The notes under the pieces were generated by a model that was not told the origin of the DNA, did not search any database, and was given only the letters and a program-made list of their open reading frames with translations. A stretch of DNA of 56,614 bases from a virus (lineage: Duplodnaviria > Caudoviricetes): IMG/VR virus record IMGVR_UViG_3300005537_000031, positions 1-56,614 of that record. One strand, given 5' to 3'. Position numbers and translations under genes: made by a program. Shown piece by piece: positions 1-10,359 of this stretch; the stretch's first letter is position 1, and each line of letters starts with the position of its first letter.

Positions 1-1635
1 TGCCGCTTGACGCTTCAGGGATTCCGTGTGCGCCTTGGCCTCGGCTACGCGATCCTTCACGCGGGCAGCGGTGTTTACATCACGCTCGGGAGCCACGGCT
101 GGAGGCTCACCGGAAGCTCCACGACGCAGGGACTCGATATCAGGCTCAGTCTCAGGAGCGCGTTTCGTCTTCGCCAACGGCCCAAGCTGCCGTCGAGGAA
201 TGCGATGCCCAATGTCTTCGTTGAACGCTTTCCTCACCGCACTGTTGGCCTGAGTCTCCGGCCCACGGCGCAGAACCTTCGGTAGCTTGATGTAGCCGCG
301 AATGCCGTGCTGAGACGCTACCCCGTGAATGTCCTCGCCACCGGGACCGCCTTTGAACTTGGCCTGCGCGGCTTCTAGTTTCTCCGCCTGGCCCTTCTCC
401 ACCTTGCCTGTGGACTTGTTATACTCGCCCAGCGTGTCGCGGAGGTTCAGTATCTGCTCCTGACGCATGCGCATGTCGCGGAGTCCCGAGCCTGGATGCT
501 TGGACTCCAGGTAATCCATGTAGGTATCGCGGAGCGACTTCCGCAGGATGTCGTTGATGGCCACGCTCGCGCGGGTCTTGGCCGTGGACAGTTCGAGAGA
601 TGTCTTCCCGCCGTGTGACCCCCAGAGCTTGTTCTGCTGCCGCATCTCCTTGCCGATGTCGCGCAGGCTCCACGGCTTGCGATAGTTCGTGGCCTCGGCG
701 CGCATCTCAGCGGCTTCGGCGGCGGCTGAGGGGGGTAGCTCGCGGGCAGCGGCTTCGAGAGCGTCAGCGGCCTTCGAGGGGATAATTTGATCCCCGGCGA
801 ATGGTTGCTCAGCAAGTGCGGTCTGCGTGTTGAACCGTTCGTTGGTAGCCTCGACCGCTTTCGCTAGATCACTCACGGATTTCAGCGGGAGCTTGCGCGT
901 GCTGACCGTCTCCATGATATCCGGGATGGTCATGCGGAAGGCGTTCGGTGTTCCGGGAGTGCTGCCGCTGGCGTAGGTGGCCTTGGCGATGCGAGATTCC
1001 ATCTCGGACTTCGCGGTGCCGAGACGACCGGATTTACCGAGGGCCACGGAGCCAGCCACGCCGGAGAGCGACGATAGAATGCGCTCCAGTCTGTCAGCGT
1101 CGCTCTCCCCCGGTTGCGGGATGAACAATTCCTTCCCCGATTTCATCGCGCCGTAGGCCCCGATGATTGGCCTCGCCTGTGGGATCAGTGACGCGGCACC
1201 GAGGGCTGCGGACTTCCCCCCGAGTGCTCCGCGTGTGTACTTCGCCACGTCGGCCATCACTAGCGGAGCATACTGCCGAGTCGTGCGGAAGAACGGTGAC
1301 CGCGATGGGCTGGCTGAGTCCTCAGACTGGCGGGTCGCTGCGGTCTTTCGCATCGAGTTCTCAAGGTCTTCCAGCAGCGTGGTCTTATTCTGATACTGCG
1401 GCCCACGTCCGAGGATGAAGTTACCCACCTTGGAGATTCCCTCGAAGCGGGTGCCACGGGCGGGGTCGGGCGGGGTTGCTGGCTTAGCCTGTGCAGATGG
1501 AGCCGTGATCCCCAGCCGCTCACGCACCTGGCGTTGCAGCTCCGCTGGCGCGGATTGGAACTCCGGCGATGCGAGGATTTTAACTATATCCTGGTTACCG
1601 TATTGTGGAGATTCCTGATTACCTTGGAGAGGCAT
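1..1635 (-). CDS. Large internal virion/ejection protein, N-terminal part (runs off the window start; absent from the ORF track)
   Basis: I read the frame from ATG at 1635 (MPLQGNQESPQYG..., GGAGG upstream) to position 1 with no stop. Ala/Lys/Glu-rich, and it follows the other ejection-like genes. Probably continues at 56614-56149. Confidence 0.7.
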   Translation of the reverse strand, partial: MPLQGNQESPQYGNQDIVKILASPEFQSAPAELQRQVRERLGITAPSAQAKPATPPDPARGTRFEGISKVGNFILGRGPQYQNKTTLLEDLENSMRKTAATRQSEDSASPSRSPFFRTTRQYAPLVMADVAKYTRGALGGKSAALGAASLIPQARPIIGAYGAMKSGKELFIPQPGESDADRLERILSSLSGVAGSVALGKSGRLGTAKSEMESRIAKATYASGSTPGTPNAFRMTIPDIMETVSTRKLPLKSVSDLAKAVEATNERFNTQTALAEQPFAGDQIIPSKAADALEAAARELPPSAAAEAAEMRAEATNYRKPWSLRDIGKEMRQQNKLWGSHGGKTSLELSTAKTRASVAINDILRKSLRDTYMDYLESKHPGSGLRDMRMRQEQILNLRDTLGEYNKSTGKVEKGQAEKLEAAQAKFKGGPGGEDIHGVASQHGIRGYIKLPKVLRRGPETQANSAVRKAFNEDIGHRIPRRQLGPLAKTKRAPETEPDIESLRRGASGEPPAVAPERDVNTAARVKDRVAEAKAHTESLKRQAA

Positions 1636-2968
1636 TGGCACCGCCTCCCTTGAGGATTCGGTCGATAAGCGACTGCGCAGGATCAGCGTCGCCAGCGTTG
1701 CCTGAGTCGGTGAACGTCCCCTTCTTCATGGCGAGGTTGATCTCGTCCATCAGGCGTTGCAACCGCTCGTGAGCGTCCTTGGAATCCCGCGTGTTCGTGG
1801 GATTCGGCAGCTCGGCCTTCAGTCTCTCGATGGTTGCTTCCGTAGCGCGCCCCGAGCGCACGAGCTGCGCCATGCCGGAGATGGTCCCGACCAGTTGGTT
1901 ATACGTCTGGAGGAACTTCTTCTGCGAGTCGCTCATGCCGGACGCGGCTCCCAGTGTCATGATGCGAGGCAGGAAGCCCTCTTTGTCTGGACTCTGTGCT
2001 ATCTGCTGAAGTCGCAGACGCGACATCCCTCCCTCGTCCAAGGCTTTCATGGAATCGTCATTCATCGCCCGCTGAATGAAGGTCGAGGTCTCGCGCAGCA
2101 TGACCTGCTCACGGGGAGTGAACTTCCCCTGCTCCCAGCCGTAGCGGCGGGCGAGTTGCGACGCCACGGGGATGAGCTTTGAGTACTTCACCTTGTCCAT
2201 GTCCTTGCCGTCGAGGAGTTCGTTGGCGGTCTCACGGACGTAGGGGTTCACGGCGGCAGAGGGTGGGATGTGACCGTCTGCGTCGAGGGGGAGCGCACCG
2301 GTGGCAGGTTTAATGTCTGAGCGTTTCGCCAACGGCCCGGCACTGCGACGCTTTCCCGCTAGCTGAGGCTGAGATGCTGCCCCAGTAGGTGCAGCGGTCA
2401 ACGCGGCCAGCGGGCCTGCGGGAGAGGCCGTGGCAGCGGCGGGCGGGGTTGCTGGCTTGGACTTGCCATTGCTACCACCGCTGAGACCTCCGATGAGCGG
2501 CTTCCGGCGTGTCACCGTAGTCAATCCCGTCAGCGGATCAGTAGTATCGGTCTCACTCTCGATCAGCCCCCTCTGTGGCGGCGCGTCCAGCTGCCGCGAG
2601 TACTCCTGTCCAGACAGCGGATCATAACTGACATAGCTCCATCCGGTCTTGGAGTTCTTGTCCTGCTCCAGTTTGGTGACGACTTTTCCTGCGATTTCCT
2701 TTGGTGCGACGTTGAAGTACCGCTGCTTCTCCAGATCCGTTAGCTTCCTGCCGATAGCCGCTTCCACGTCCGCAATCTGCTTGGCCTGAGGATTGCCCTC
2801 GGCCAGTCGCATGATCTGACGGAGGTGATCCCGCTGGAGGGCTGCGGATTCAAGCTGCGAGTACACCTGCTTGTTCCTGATGTCCTCTTCCGACAACTCC
2901 TCCTTCGCCTTGGCGTAGGAAGTCCCCACACCACCCAGCGTCTGGAGCAGGGATGCGAGGGTGGCCAT
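1619..2968 (-). CDS. Putative ejection/internal virion protein
   Basis: 449 aa with a Gly/Ala-rich N-terminus and helical Q/E/K segments; podovirus position after the nozzle and GNAT genes. Confidence 0.55.
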   Translation of the reverse strand: MATLASLLQTLGGVGTSYAKAKEELSEEDIRNKQVYSQLESAALQRDHLRQIMRLAEGNPQAKQIADVEAAIGRKLTDLEKQRYFNVAPKEIAGKVVTKLEQDKNSKTGWSYVSYDPLSGQEYSRQLDAPPQRGLIESETDTTDPLTGLTTVTRRKPLIGGLSGGSNGKSKPATPPAAATASPAGPLAALTAAPTGAASQPQLAGKRRSAGPLAKRSDIKPATGALPLDADGHIPPSAAVNPYVRETANELLDGKDMDKVKYSKLIPVASQLARRYGWEQGKFTPREQVMLRETSTFIQRAMNDDSMKALDEGGMSRLRLQQIAQSPDKEGFLPRIMTLGAASGMSDSQKKFLQTYNQLVGTISGMAQLVRSGRATEATIERLKAELPNPTNTRDSKDAHERLQRLMDEINLAMKKGTFTDSGNAGDADPAQSLIDRILKGGGANASPR

Positions 2969-2971
2969 CGC

Positions 2972-3601
2972 TTAGGCCCCCGCGAACTGCGACATGAGGG
3001 AATCGAGGTCGAATCCACCGCCGACTCCGCCAGTGCCGGGAAGGTCAAGCGGCGGCACCGGGGCCAGTGGAGAATCATCTGGCTTGGGAATAATGCTCCC
3101 GCCGGGATCGTTGAATGGCACCACCTGCGGAGCGGGTTTGCCACCGCCGAGGAGCTGCTTAATCAGAGCAGTTATATCAAACGGCTGTTCACCACCCAGA
3201 TTGGGATTAGCCACGGGCAGTCCCAACGAGGTCATCGCCTCATTAATCGCCATCTGCTGCTGGTTCTGCTGCAATGGGCCGAGTGCCTGCGCTTCGATCT
3301 GCTGCATGATTTGCGGGGAAGTGGACAGCCCGCGCTCGGCACCGAACGCCTGCACTTGGTTGTTCACTCCCGAGACCAGTCCCTGATCCAGTGGCTTCTC
3401 AAATCCCTGTACATAGGCTGACATCTTCGCCGGATCGGTGGACAGTGACCGGAGGTACTTCTGATAATTAATCTGGTCCTGAAGGTATTTATTCTTCGTG
3501 CGATTGGTGAGGAAGTTGGATAGTGTACTGATTCCCGTGCCAATGGCTCCAAATGGACTCTTGCTGAATGCGCTGCCGATTTGAGAAAACACCTGAGACA
3601 T
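2972..3601 (-). CDS. Putative DNA pilot/ejection protein
   Basis: 209 aa, Gly/Ser hydrophobic N-terminus followed by a Q-rich helix; synteny. Confidence 0.5.
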   Translation of the reverse strand: MSQVFSQIGSAFSKSPFGAIGTGISTLSNFLTNRTKNKYLQDQINYQKYLRSLSTDPAKMSAYVQGFEKPLDQGLVSGVNNQVQAFGAERGLSTSPQIMQQIEAQALGPLQQNQQQMAINEAMTSLGLPVANPNLGGEQPFDITALIKQLLGGGKPAPQVVPFNDPGGSIIPKPDDSPLAPVPPLDLPGTGGVGGGFDLDSLMSQFAGA

Positions 3602-3984
3602 TAACTGCCTCCTGACATGGATAGTCCCGGCTGCTGCGTCTGTGACGATGCGGGATCATTGTCCATCCCCAGCGCGCGCAGGGCTTCCTGAATATTCCCG
3701 GGCGTTCCGGCGATGGAAGACGTGAGCGACGCGAAAGGGGAATCGGTGAGCGATCCTCCGGTCTGGGCTTGTGCATTCGGAGCTGCGAGTCGCAATGCCT
3801 GTGCCCTCTGCGCAGCGTCTGCTTCTTGTTGCTTCTTCGCGTCAGCAGCAGCTTGCGCCTGTTGCGCCTGCTCTGATTTTTTAATAGCGTCGTTTGGATC
3901 GGGAGCTGTGAGTGCTTTCTCTATGCCCACACCACCGCTGGCTGCAGTGATCGCGAGTGTAATCCATGGTATGGCGGCAGGCAT
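3601..3984 (-). CDS. Small internal virion protein
   Basis: 127 aa, hydrophobic N-terminus then a QA-rich coiled coil; TAATG overlap with the next gene. Confidence 0.5.
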   Translation of the reverse strand: MPAAIPWITLAITAASGGVGIEKALTAPDPNDAIKKSEQAQQAQAAADAKKQQEADAAQRAQALRLAAPNAQAQTGGSLTDSPFASLTSSIAGTPGNIQEALRALGMDNDPASSQTQQPGLSMSGGS

Positions 3985-3996
3985 AAATTACTGTCC

Positions 3997-4440
3997 TTAG
4001 AACTTCCCATATGCCCACGCCCCGGACACTGGCAGGAGGTCGCCCCGGCTGCGCTGCACGATCCTCATCAGCTTGGTCTCAGCAGCGGCTGAGTCCGAGA
4101 GGAAGGTAAGGTAGCCGAGCAGACCGCGACGCCTCGCGTCCGAGAAGGCACGGCGCAAGAGTAGCATGGAGGTCAGGGGCGGGGCCTTGGGAACGACAGA
4201 GATGCGGATTAGCAGGAGCATGGATTGCATCTCGCCTGCGATGAGCACTCCGATGATCTGGGCGTCGCGGATGGCTACCCAGGTGTGCGATGGATCAGGA
4301 GGGAGTTGCTCCGGCCAGAAGGAGGATTCGCCGTCGCGGAGGGATTCGTAGGGGATTACATCCGTATCGCGGAGGAGACGTACCTGCATGAGTGGCAGGA
4401 TAACACAGGGGCCGCATGCAAGAGTCGAACTTGCGGACAT
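3997..4440 (-). CDS. GNAT-fold acetyltransferase-like protein
   Basis: WVAIRDAQIIGVL strands and LLLRRAFSDARRRG helix; GNAT-like genes often precede podophage ejection genes. Confidence 0.5.
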   Translation of the reverse strand: MSASSTLACGPCVILPLMQVRLLRDTDVIPYESLRDGESSFWPEQLPPDPSHTWVAIRDAQIIGVLIAGEMQSMLLLIRISVVPKAPPLTSMLLLRRAFSDARRRGLLGYLTFLSDSAAAETKLMRIVQRSRGDLLPVSGAWAYGKF

Positions 4441-4541
4441 TGGAGGTCGTGAGTGTAGCGCCTCACTCCAATGTCTACGTCTACCTTAGGTATAAACCAC
4501 TCGCCCAATGCGGCCCCACGATTGTGGAGTATAACACAATC

Positions 4542-5075
4542 TTAGCTGATAGTCGTGGCCGGATTCGCCGCCGACACCATGGTCGTGGCTCCAACCACCG
4601 CCCCGGCAATCGTGCAGGCCAGAGTCACGTCGGGAATCTTGTCCCCGCCGGAGTCTCGCGTGCTGATGGTCAGGTTCGCGGTGCCGAGGGTGTAGGTCAC
4701 TGTGCACGAACTGCCGGAGGTTGAACCCACGGCCACCGCCGGACCGTCGGAGGACACGGTGTAGGTGCAGCGGGAGGTGATGTCCACAGGCGGCGTGGAG
4801 CTGTCAAACGTCTGGAACGTCAGCGTATCGGTCCCAGGGATGGATTTCAGAGAGGTTTGTGCCATGTTGATTACTCCTGTGTCGGAAAAGATTCTGGTAC
4901 TGGCGCGCCCACGCGGATGCGATGTCAGGATGCGGAGGATTTGCTCCACACGCGATGCTATCCGTCGCAGCTCGTGCCGGATTTCTTCAATATCATTCGG
5001 CTTGGAATTTCTGTGTCTTGTCACGAGGGGATTGTAACGCAGGACACGCTGGATTAGATGTCTTATTTTAAACAT
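4542..5075 (-). CDS. Hypothetical protein with a C-terminal Ig-like Thr-rich domain (alternative start MAQTS at 4865)
   Basis: Beta-rich C-terminal half; AGGAG precedes the internal ATG. Confidence 0.45.
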   Translation of the reverse strand: MFKIRHLIQRVLRYNPLVTRHRNSKPNDIEEIRHELRRIASRVEQILRILTSHPRGRASTRIFSDTGVINMAQTSLKSIPGTDTLTFQTFDSSTPPVDITSRCTYTVSSDGPAVAVGSTSGSSCTVTYTLGTANLTISTRDSGGDKIPDVTLACTIAGAVVGATTMVSAANPATTIS

Positions 5076-5087
5076 GACGATTATGCA

Positions 5088-7667
5088 TCAGGCGAACTGC
5101 GGAGGCACCGACTCCGGCAGCGGCTCAGTCTCCCAGTCCAGCGCGTCGATGTCCACCTGTCCGGTTCCAGCCACGGTGGCGTGGGATGTCAATGCGGTGG
5201 TGAACAGATCCACCCACGCGAGGAATCGCGACTGTCCGAAGGTGTAGGTTACAGGCGATTGCGCTGGATCGTCCACGTAGTCATAACTCGGAGTGACGGT
5301 CATGGTGGCGAGGTTCGCGGGAGTGGCAATCCCCTTGATGGCCACGCGCTCGTAGAACACGCGAGAAGTCCCGCCGCCTGCGAGCAGTTCCGCCGGGCGC
5401 ACGCTCCACTGGATGGGAGTGCCATCCCAGGTGAGGTCTCCAGCCTGCAACCGCCGCATCGTGCCGTCGTTGAAACTTCCGGCGATAGTGATGGGCTGCG
5501 TCCCTGGCGCGCGAACCTGCCGCAGCACTGAGATGGAGAACGGAAGGTCAATCACCGTCCAGCATTTCTGCACGAGGTCATAGCAGAGGATACGGGTGAG
5601 GCCGCCGATTCCAGCGTTCAGCGTTCCCACGGTGGTGAATGCGGACGGGCCGTGGAATATCACCCCAGCGAGTAGCTGCGCGGGAGTTATTTCCACGTAG
5701 GCCGAATACGCCAGCGACGCGAAGCCGAAGTACACACGATACTTGGTCGCCAGCGGATTCGGCGTTCCCTGTATCTGCGCGGAACTAACCAGGAACTGAG
5801 GCAACAACGTGAACTGCGCGGAGATATTGGTCTCCTGCTGTACTCCATTCACCAGCGTGAACGCCGTCACCTTGAAGAACGCGGTGCCGCTCCCGATGAA
5901 CCAGCTGGAGGTTCCATCCGCCACGAGGGTCATATTGACCTCCGGGGCCGGGCCGAGCGCGATTGGCACCGCAAGCATGTACATCGGTGGGTCGGCGCAC
6001 TGCGCTCCCTTCGAGAAGTAAATGAAGTTCCAGTCCACGGGCTGGATGTCTGGAAGCGTGGCGTCGCCGAACAGCCACGGGCGGATGTCCTCGGAGATGA
6101 GTCGGTCCCGCGTGCCGTCGAAGATAGCCACTCCGAGGTGGGTCAGCCTGCCCACGCCGAACCCGGGGAGGAACTGCGTGCTTCGCGGGGCGATGCATCC
6201 CATGTCGGTCTGCGCGCGCTGGATGGAGAAGTCGCTGCTGCCGAAGACTCCGTTGATCTGGAACGTGCTGAAATTCTTGAACGCGATGAGTGAGCCGGTA
6301 GGAGGGATTCCCGCCTCGGCGATGGTGTACGGCTGGAGCGCAGTGCCATAGTCGCTGTCATCACGATCGAGGAATGCTATGTTCAGCGGGTTCCACGAGT
6401 TCGGATTGTTAATATCGGACATCTTCAGGCAGCTCGGGCCGTCGAGTTCGTCGGTGGTTGTCGTGGGCTGGGTGTTCAGCAGCCAGAGGGAGCCAGCGTA
6501 GACGCAGACGTGCGCCGCTCCGCGAGGGGCGATGTTAGCGTTGGTGACTCCGGTGTTGACCCAGATGATGTTGTTGTCCGCTACGATCTGGTTCTTCACC
6601 TGTGGCCAAGTGGGAGCGGCTGCCGCGCTGACCCCGCCTTGCGTGGCCCGGAACACGAAATGTCCAGCATTCGCTGCCGACGGGAGGATCACATCTCCCA
6701 CCTGATGCGTAGCCGAAGCCACGAAATCCGGATACGATGCTGTGAATGTGTTCTGGAGTATCGCCATCGTGGGTGGCGCGCCATCGGTAATGGCCTGCGG
6801 AGGGAAGGCATTTCCCGGAGCGATAATGATGCGGTTGTTGAACTGCACCATCTGCGGGAGCGGGGAGATGTTGCCAATCACGCCGCCAGATGCGTTCGGC
6901 GGGCCTCCGGAACCAGCTCCGGTGCCACCTGTGCCACCACCGCCTGAGCCGATGTGACCGGGAGTGCCGTCCTGCGGAGCGATGGCATCGGCAGGTAGCG
7001 TGGCGATAATCTGCGCGGCCCCATAGCTGGGAGCGGTGATCTGATACAGCGGGCACTGCTGGGTGTTGTTTCCCGCGGGGAGTGGCTGCGTGCCGAGAGA
7101 AAGGCCGTTGTCTTGGAAGGTAGTGGCCCCGGCAGCCGCGGAGCCTATCTTCAGCCATCCGGAAGCGGTGTTCACCGGAGCACGGTAGATGTTGTATCCC
7201 CCGGCGGCGTTGACAGCGGCCGTCCAAGTGAGATTGATAAGGTGATTGGCCACGATGGTAAGGTTGTTCGACCCCACAGCGGGAGAGGATTCACCTCCCG
7301 CGCCGTCGAGGGAGGTAATAGCGTAGTTGTACGTCCCGGCGCCGAGAGTGCCACCCGCGCCTCCGTCGGCGGCGGTGAGATTCGTGGCCGAGGCTATGTG
7401 CGAGGTGTAATCCTTCTTGATGCCTACGTAATAGCGATTCGCATTGGTGGGTTGAAACAGCGCTATTTCCGTCCACGGTCCGGTGCCAGGCTGGAGCGCG
7501 GAGTTCAACTCGGAGATAATGAGCGAGCCATCGCAGGTGACGAGGGAACCACGCTTGGAGTAGACCAGGTTGGAGATACGGGAGACAGAGCCGGGAGGCT
7601 GGGACTGGTCGCCGGTCGTGCCGACGAGGCCTTTCTTGAAGTTCTTCTGTGAGATGGTCTTGCTCAC
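5088..7667 (-). CDS. Tail nozzle / DNA stabilisation protein (tubular protein B or P22 gp10-like)
   Basis: 859 aa with propeller-like segments (SDINNPNSW, MGCIAPRS, LCYDLVQKCW) and Fn3-like inserts; follows the adaptor. Confidence 0.65.
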   Translation of the reverse strand: MSKTISQKNFKKGLVGTTGDQSQPPGSVSRISNLVYSKRGSLVTCDGSLIISELNSALQPGTGPWTEIALFQPTNANRYYVGIKKDYTSHIASATNLTAADGGAGGTLGAGTYNYAITSLDGAGGESSPAVGSNNLTIVANHLINLTWTAAVNAAGGYNIYRAPVNTASGWLKIGSAAAGATTFQDNGLSLGTQPLPAGNNTQQCPLYQITAPSYGAAQIIATLPADAIAPQDGTPGHIGSGGGGTGGTGAGSGGPPNASGGVIGNISPLPQMVQFNNRIIIAPGNAFPPQAITDGAPPTMAILQNTFTASYPDFVASATHQVGDVILPSAANAGHFVFRATQGGVSAAAAPTWPQVKNQIVADNNIIWVNTGVTNANIAPRGAAHVCVYAGSLWLLNTQPTTTTDELDGPSCLKMSDINNPNSWNPLNIAFLDRDDSDYGTALQPYTIAEAGIPPTGSLIAFKNFSTFQINGVFGSSDFSIQRAQTDMGCIAPRSTQFLPGFGVGRLTHLGVAIFDGTRDRLISEDIRPWLFGDATLPDIQPVDWNFIYFSKGAQCADPPMYMLAVPIALGPAPEVNMTLVADGTSSWFIGSGTAFFKVTAFTLVNGVQQETNISAQFTLLPQFLVSSAQIQGTPNPLATKYRVYFGFASLAYSAYVEITPAQLLAGVIFHGPSAFTTVGTLNAGIGGLTRILCYDLVQKCWTVIDLPFSISVLRQVRAPGTQPITIAGSFNDGTMRRLQAGDLTWDGTPIQWSVRPAELLAGGGTSRVFYERVAIKGIATPANLATMTVTPSYDYVDDPAQSPVTYTFGQSRFLAWVDLFTTALTSHATVAGTGQVDIDALDWETEPLPESVPPQFA

Positions 7668-8932
7668 GGCACGATAACCCCGCCGAAGAAACTTCCGAGG
7701 CCGGGGTAGGTTTCAATTCCCCTCGCACCGCCGATTTGAATCTGCCTCGGTCCTCCCACTGGCTTGTTCAGCGGAGACGACTGGATGATGGTCTCGAACA
7801 GCTTGTACTGCTCAGATGCACCTTTGTAATCACGCTCCGCTGTCTTGAACCTGTGCAGGAGATAATGATCCAGCGCGGACTTCCATCCCGGCGGGACGTT
7901 GAGGATCGCCGTGGCCTGGCCGATCTTATAGCGCGGCGGGATACGCAGCCCGTGGAAGAAGATGTTAAGCTCGGTCACGGGAGTGTTCGCTGCCCACGCG
8001 CGCGCAATGGTTCCACCCATTCCACGTATTGCTAAGGTTATAGACGATCCGCCAACGACGAAGGAATAATATGCGATCTCTATGTTCCCTGCCGAGTCCG
8101 GCCCAAGTAGTACCAGTCCCATCGGCAGCACGAAGGACGTGGCCCCGGCAGCGCATGCGATGGTCCCGGTCTGCGCGGCGGTGATAGCGGGGGTGAGGGT
8201 CATCACTCCCGACGTACGCGATGGCTGCGGCCACGCTTCTATGATTACGCGCTCGGAGACCGATGACACGACGAAGGACATGGCGTAGTTCCCAGTGACC
8301 TTGTTCTTGCGGAAGATGGTGTCGGTTCCCGAGATGGACATCGGGTAGCCGTCGTACCACGCCTTGTCTGCCTTCCACCAGTTGCCGGTCAGAGTGTAGA
8401 TTCCCTGCCCCGCGACCGACGCAACACCAGACATATCCGGCAGTCCGCCGCCACACTTCGCCGCTCCGTCCTCCAGGCCGTCGTTGATCCAGCGGTACAC
8501 CGCGAACGCGGAGATCGCCTTGCCGTCGGAGTCCGGCATGAAGGCATTGTTGCGCACGTTCGGAATGTCGGAGTAGCCTCCGGTCGTAGAGGTGATGACC
8601 AACGGGAGGGTAGTGGAACTGAAGCAGAAGTTCTCCTGCCCGGCGGCGACTCCGACGTAGGCTGCGATCTCGGTCACTCCCAGAGGGAGGGTTCCGGTGA
8701 CCTGGATTCCGTGGCTTGCATCCACCGCGAGGGGACCAGTTTCAGCACCGGGAAGTGTTTCCCCCCACGACGTACGGTAGGCCAGCTTGACGAAGTAGTT
8801 TCCCGTGGGGAGGGTGTTGGCTGTGGCGATGAGAGATACGATTACTTCCGCGCCGGGAGAACTGAGCGTGCCTGTGGCTGCGTCAACAGCGGCTTCACGC
8901 AAACCGAGAATTAAGTCTCCAACGGTTGGCAT
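7664..8932 (-). CDS. Head-tail adaptor (tail tubular protein A-like) with extra domains
   Basis: VYRWINDGL, IIEAWPQPS and LNVPPGWKSALDHYL adaptor-like segments; synteny. Confidence 0.55.
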   Translation of the reverse strand: MPTVGDLILGLREAAVDAATGTLSSPGAEVIVSLIATANTLPTGNYFVKLAYRTSWGETLPGAETGPLAVDASHGIQVTGTLPLGVTEIAAYVGVAAGQENFCFSSTTLPLVITSTTGGYSDIPNVRNNAFMPDSDGKAISAFAVYRWINDGLEDGAAKCGGGLPDMSGVASVAGQGIYTLTGNWWKADKAWYDGYPMSISGTDTIFRKNKVTGNYAMSFVVSSVSERVIIEAWPQPSRTSGVMTLTPAITAAQTGTIACAAGATSFVLPMGLVLLGPDSAGNIEIAYYSFVVGGSSITLAIRGMGGTIARAWAANTPVTELNIFFHGLRIPPRYKIGQATAILNVPPGWKSALDHYLLHRFKTAERDYKGASEQYKLFETIIQSSPLNKPVGGPRQIQIGGARGIETYPGLGSFFGGVIVP

Positions 8933-8949
8933 CGAGTGTCCCTCCTGTT

Positions 8950-8983
8950 AAAACGGCCACGCGATGAGAGGTGCCGCGTGGCC
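8950..8983 (-). terminator. Putative intrinsic terminator after the capsid-associated genes
   Basis: GGCCACGCG/CGCGTGGCC 9-bp stem followed by GTTTT on the minus strand. Confidence 0.5.
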
Positions 8984-9006
8984 TGAGTGTAACATCGTTG
9001 TCCCTC

Positions 9007-9264
9007 TTAGGCGGTGCCTAATAGATCCACTACCGAGGTTGCGGCCTCAATCGCGGTGATGTCCGCCGGATCATAGGCCACGTAGACGGTCACCGTGTCA
9101 CCCACGTTCCACTGTGCGATACAGGCCGGGGCGATGGCCAGCACGACTTGGGGATTGGCCGCGCTGCGGGCGGACTTGGAGGTAATCGTGACGGAGGTGT
9201 AGCCGCTCCTGCCAGGGGCCTTGCCGAGTATTTGTCCGGTGATTCTGCCTACGATTCCTGCCAT
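9007..9264 (-). CDS. Small virion protein (hypothetical)
   Basis: 85 aa, beta-rich, GGAG RBS. Confidence 0.5.
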   Translation of the reverse strand: MAGIVGRITGQILGKAPGRSGYTSVTITSKSARSAANPQVVLAIAPACIAQWNVGDTVTVYVAYDPADITAIEAATSVVDLLGTA

Positions 9265-9280
9265 GAGGTTTCTATTGCTC

Positions 9281-9712
9281 CTAGGTCAGGGCTACTTCAA
9301 CGTCCGCCGTGGCCTGTGTCGTAGTGCCTGACTGTGCGAAGGTGAAGGACACGCTGGTGATTCCCAGATCGGTGTTGAACTCTCCGCTGTAGTCGATGCC
9401 AGCTCCAGCCGTGGTTGGCCCCATGATGTCCACGGTGAGGGTCGTGGTGCCGTCAGTGACGGTCACGGTCACGGTGTCTATGGTGGCTGCGTTGACCGCA
9501 GACGTACGAATGCGGAACTTTCCGCGCGTAGGAGCGGGGCCGCCACCTGTATTGAAGGCAGTACCTCCAGCGGGGGTTGTGGCACCAGTGGCGGGAATGA
9601 CGATGGCCGCAGGTGCCCCGCCCGTGAGGCTGGTTCCGATTACAAAGCCGTAGTTGGACGCGGCACCGTAGCCGGTGAAAGACTCTTTTATTGTCCTAAC
9701 AAATGCAGGCAT
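9281..9712 (-). CDS. Putative capsid decoration/cement protein
   Basis: 143 aa Thr/Gly/Ala-rich beta protein downstream of the MCP; AAGGAGG RBS. Confidence 0.5.
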   Translation of the reverse strand: MPAFVRTIKESFTGYGAASNYGFVIGTSLTGGAPAAIVIPATGATTPAGGTAFNTGGGPAPTRGKFRIRTSAVNAATIDTVTVTVTDGTTTLTVDIMGPTTAGAGIDYSGEFNTDLGITSVSFTFAQSGTTTQATADVEVALT

Positions 9713-9836
9713 CTCATGCCTCCTTCAATCTTGCAATCTTATGTAACCACCCCTGCGGTTGTTGCACCGGAGGGTGATGCAGTGGCACCCCCCGGCTTTC
9801 CCTCCAGAGGTGTTGCCACCGCTGGCCCGGAAGTTA

Positions 9837-10334
9837 TTAGTGAACCGTGTCCGTCACGGGAGCCGGTTCAGCTACTTCTTGAATCGGCCGCTCCCACGGA
9901 CATTTTTCAAACCGCAACTCTTTGCGAATGATCTCTCGCTGAAGTATTGTCTCTACAGTCAGGGGAGTACGACCCTTGCCTAGAGTGCGGCGGTATTCCA
10001 AAATCAACTGTGCCTGGCGTCCCTTGACGAGGAAGAACGGCATACAGCGCGCAAGGATTTCGTCGATGTCCGCACCATTGACGTGCCAGTACCACATCTG
10101 CGAATTGGTTCCACCGCCGCCCTTGTGATAGTTCCCACCAAACGTGTCCTTCAACCAACGCATAGGAGCTTCGCAGGACTGCACCACGTTTATACGTGCG
10201 GCATGGTACGTGTTCTTCCTAGCCTTGCCGCTAGGGATTATGAGCAGACACCCTTCGGTGTCAATCCAAGTGGCAAGACGTGCGAAGTCTATGTCAGGCA
10301 CCTGATCGTAATTTCTCGGTTTCGTTTTGCTCAT
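9837..10334 (-). CDS. Free-standing LAGLIDADG homing endonuclease
   Basis: FARLATWIDTEGCL motif; WLKDTFGG; MPFFLVKGRQAQL. Confidence 0.8.
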   Translation of the reverse strand: MSKTKPRNYDQVPDIDFARLATWIDTEGCLLIIPSGKARKNTYHAARINVVQSCEAPMRWLKDTFGGNYHKGGGGTNSQMWYWHVNGADIDEILARCMPFFLVKGRQAQLILEYRRTLGKGRTPLTVETILQREIIRKELRFEKCPWERPIQEVAEPAPVTDTVH

Positions 10335-10359
10335 ATAAACTTAGCGATTGTTAGTCAAA

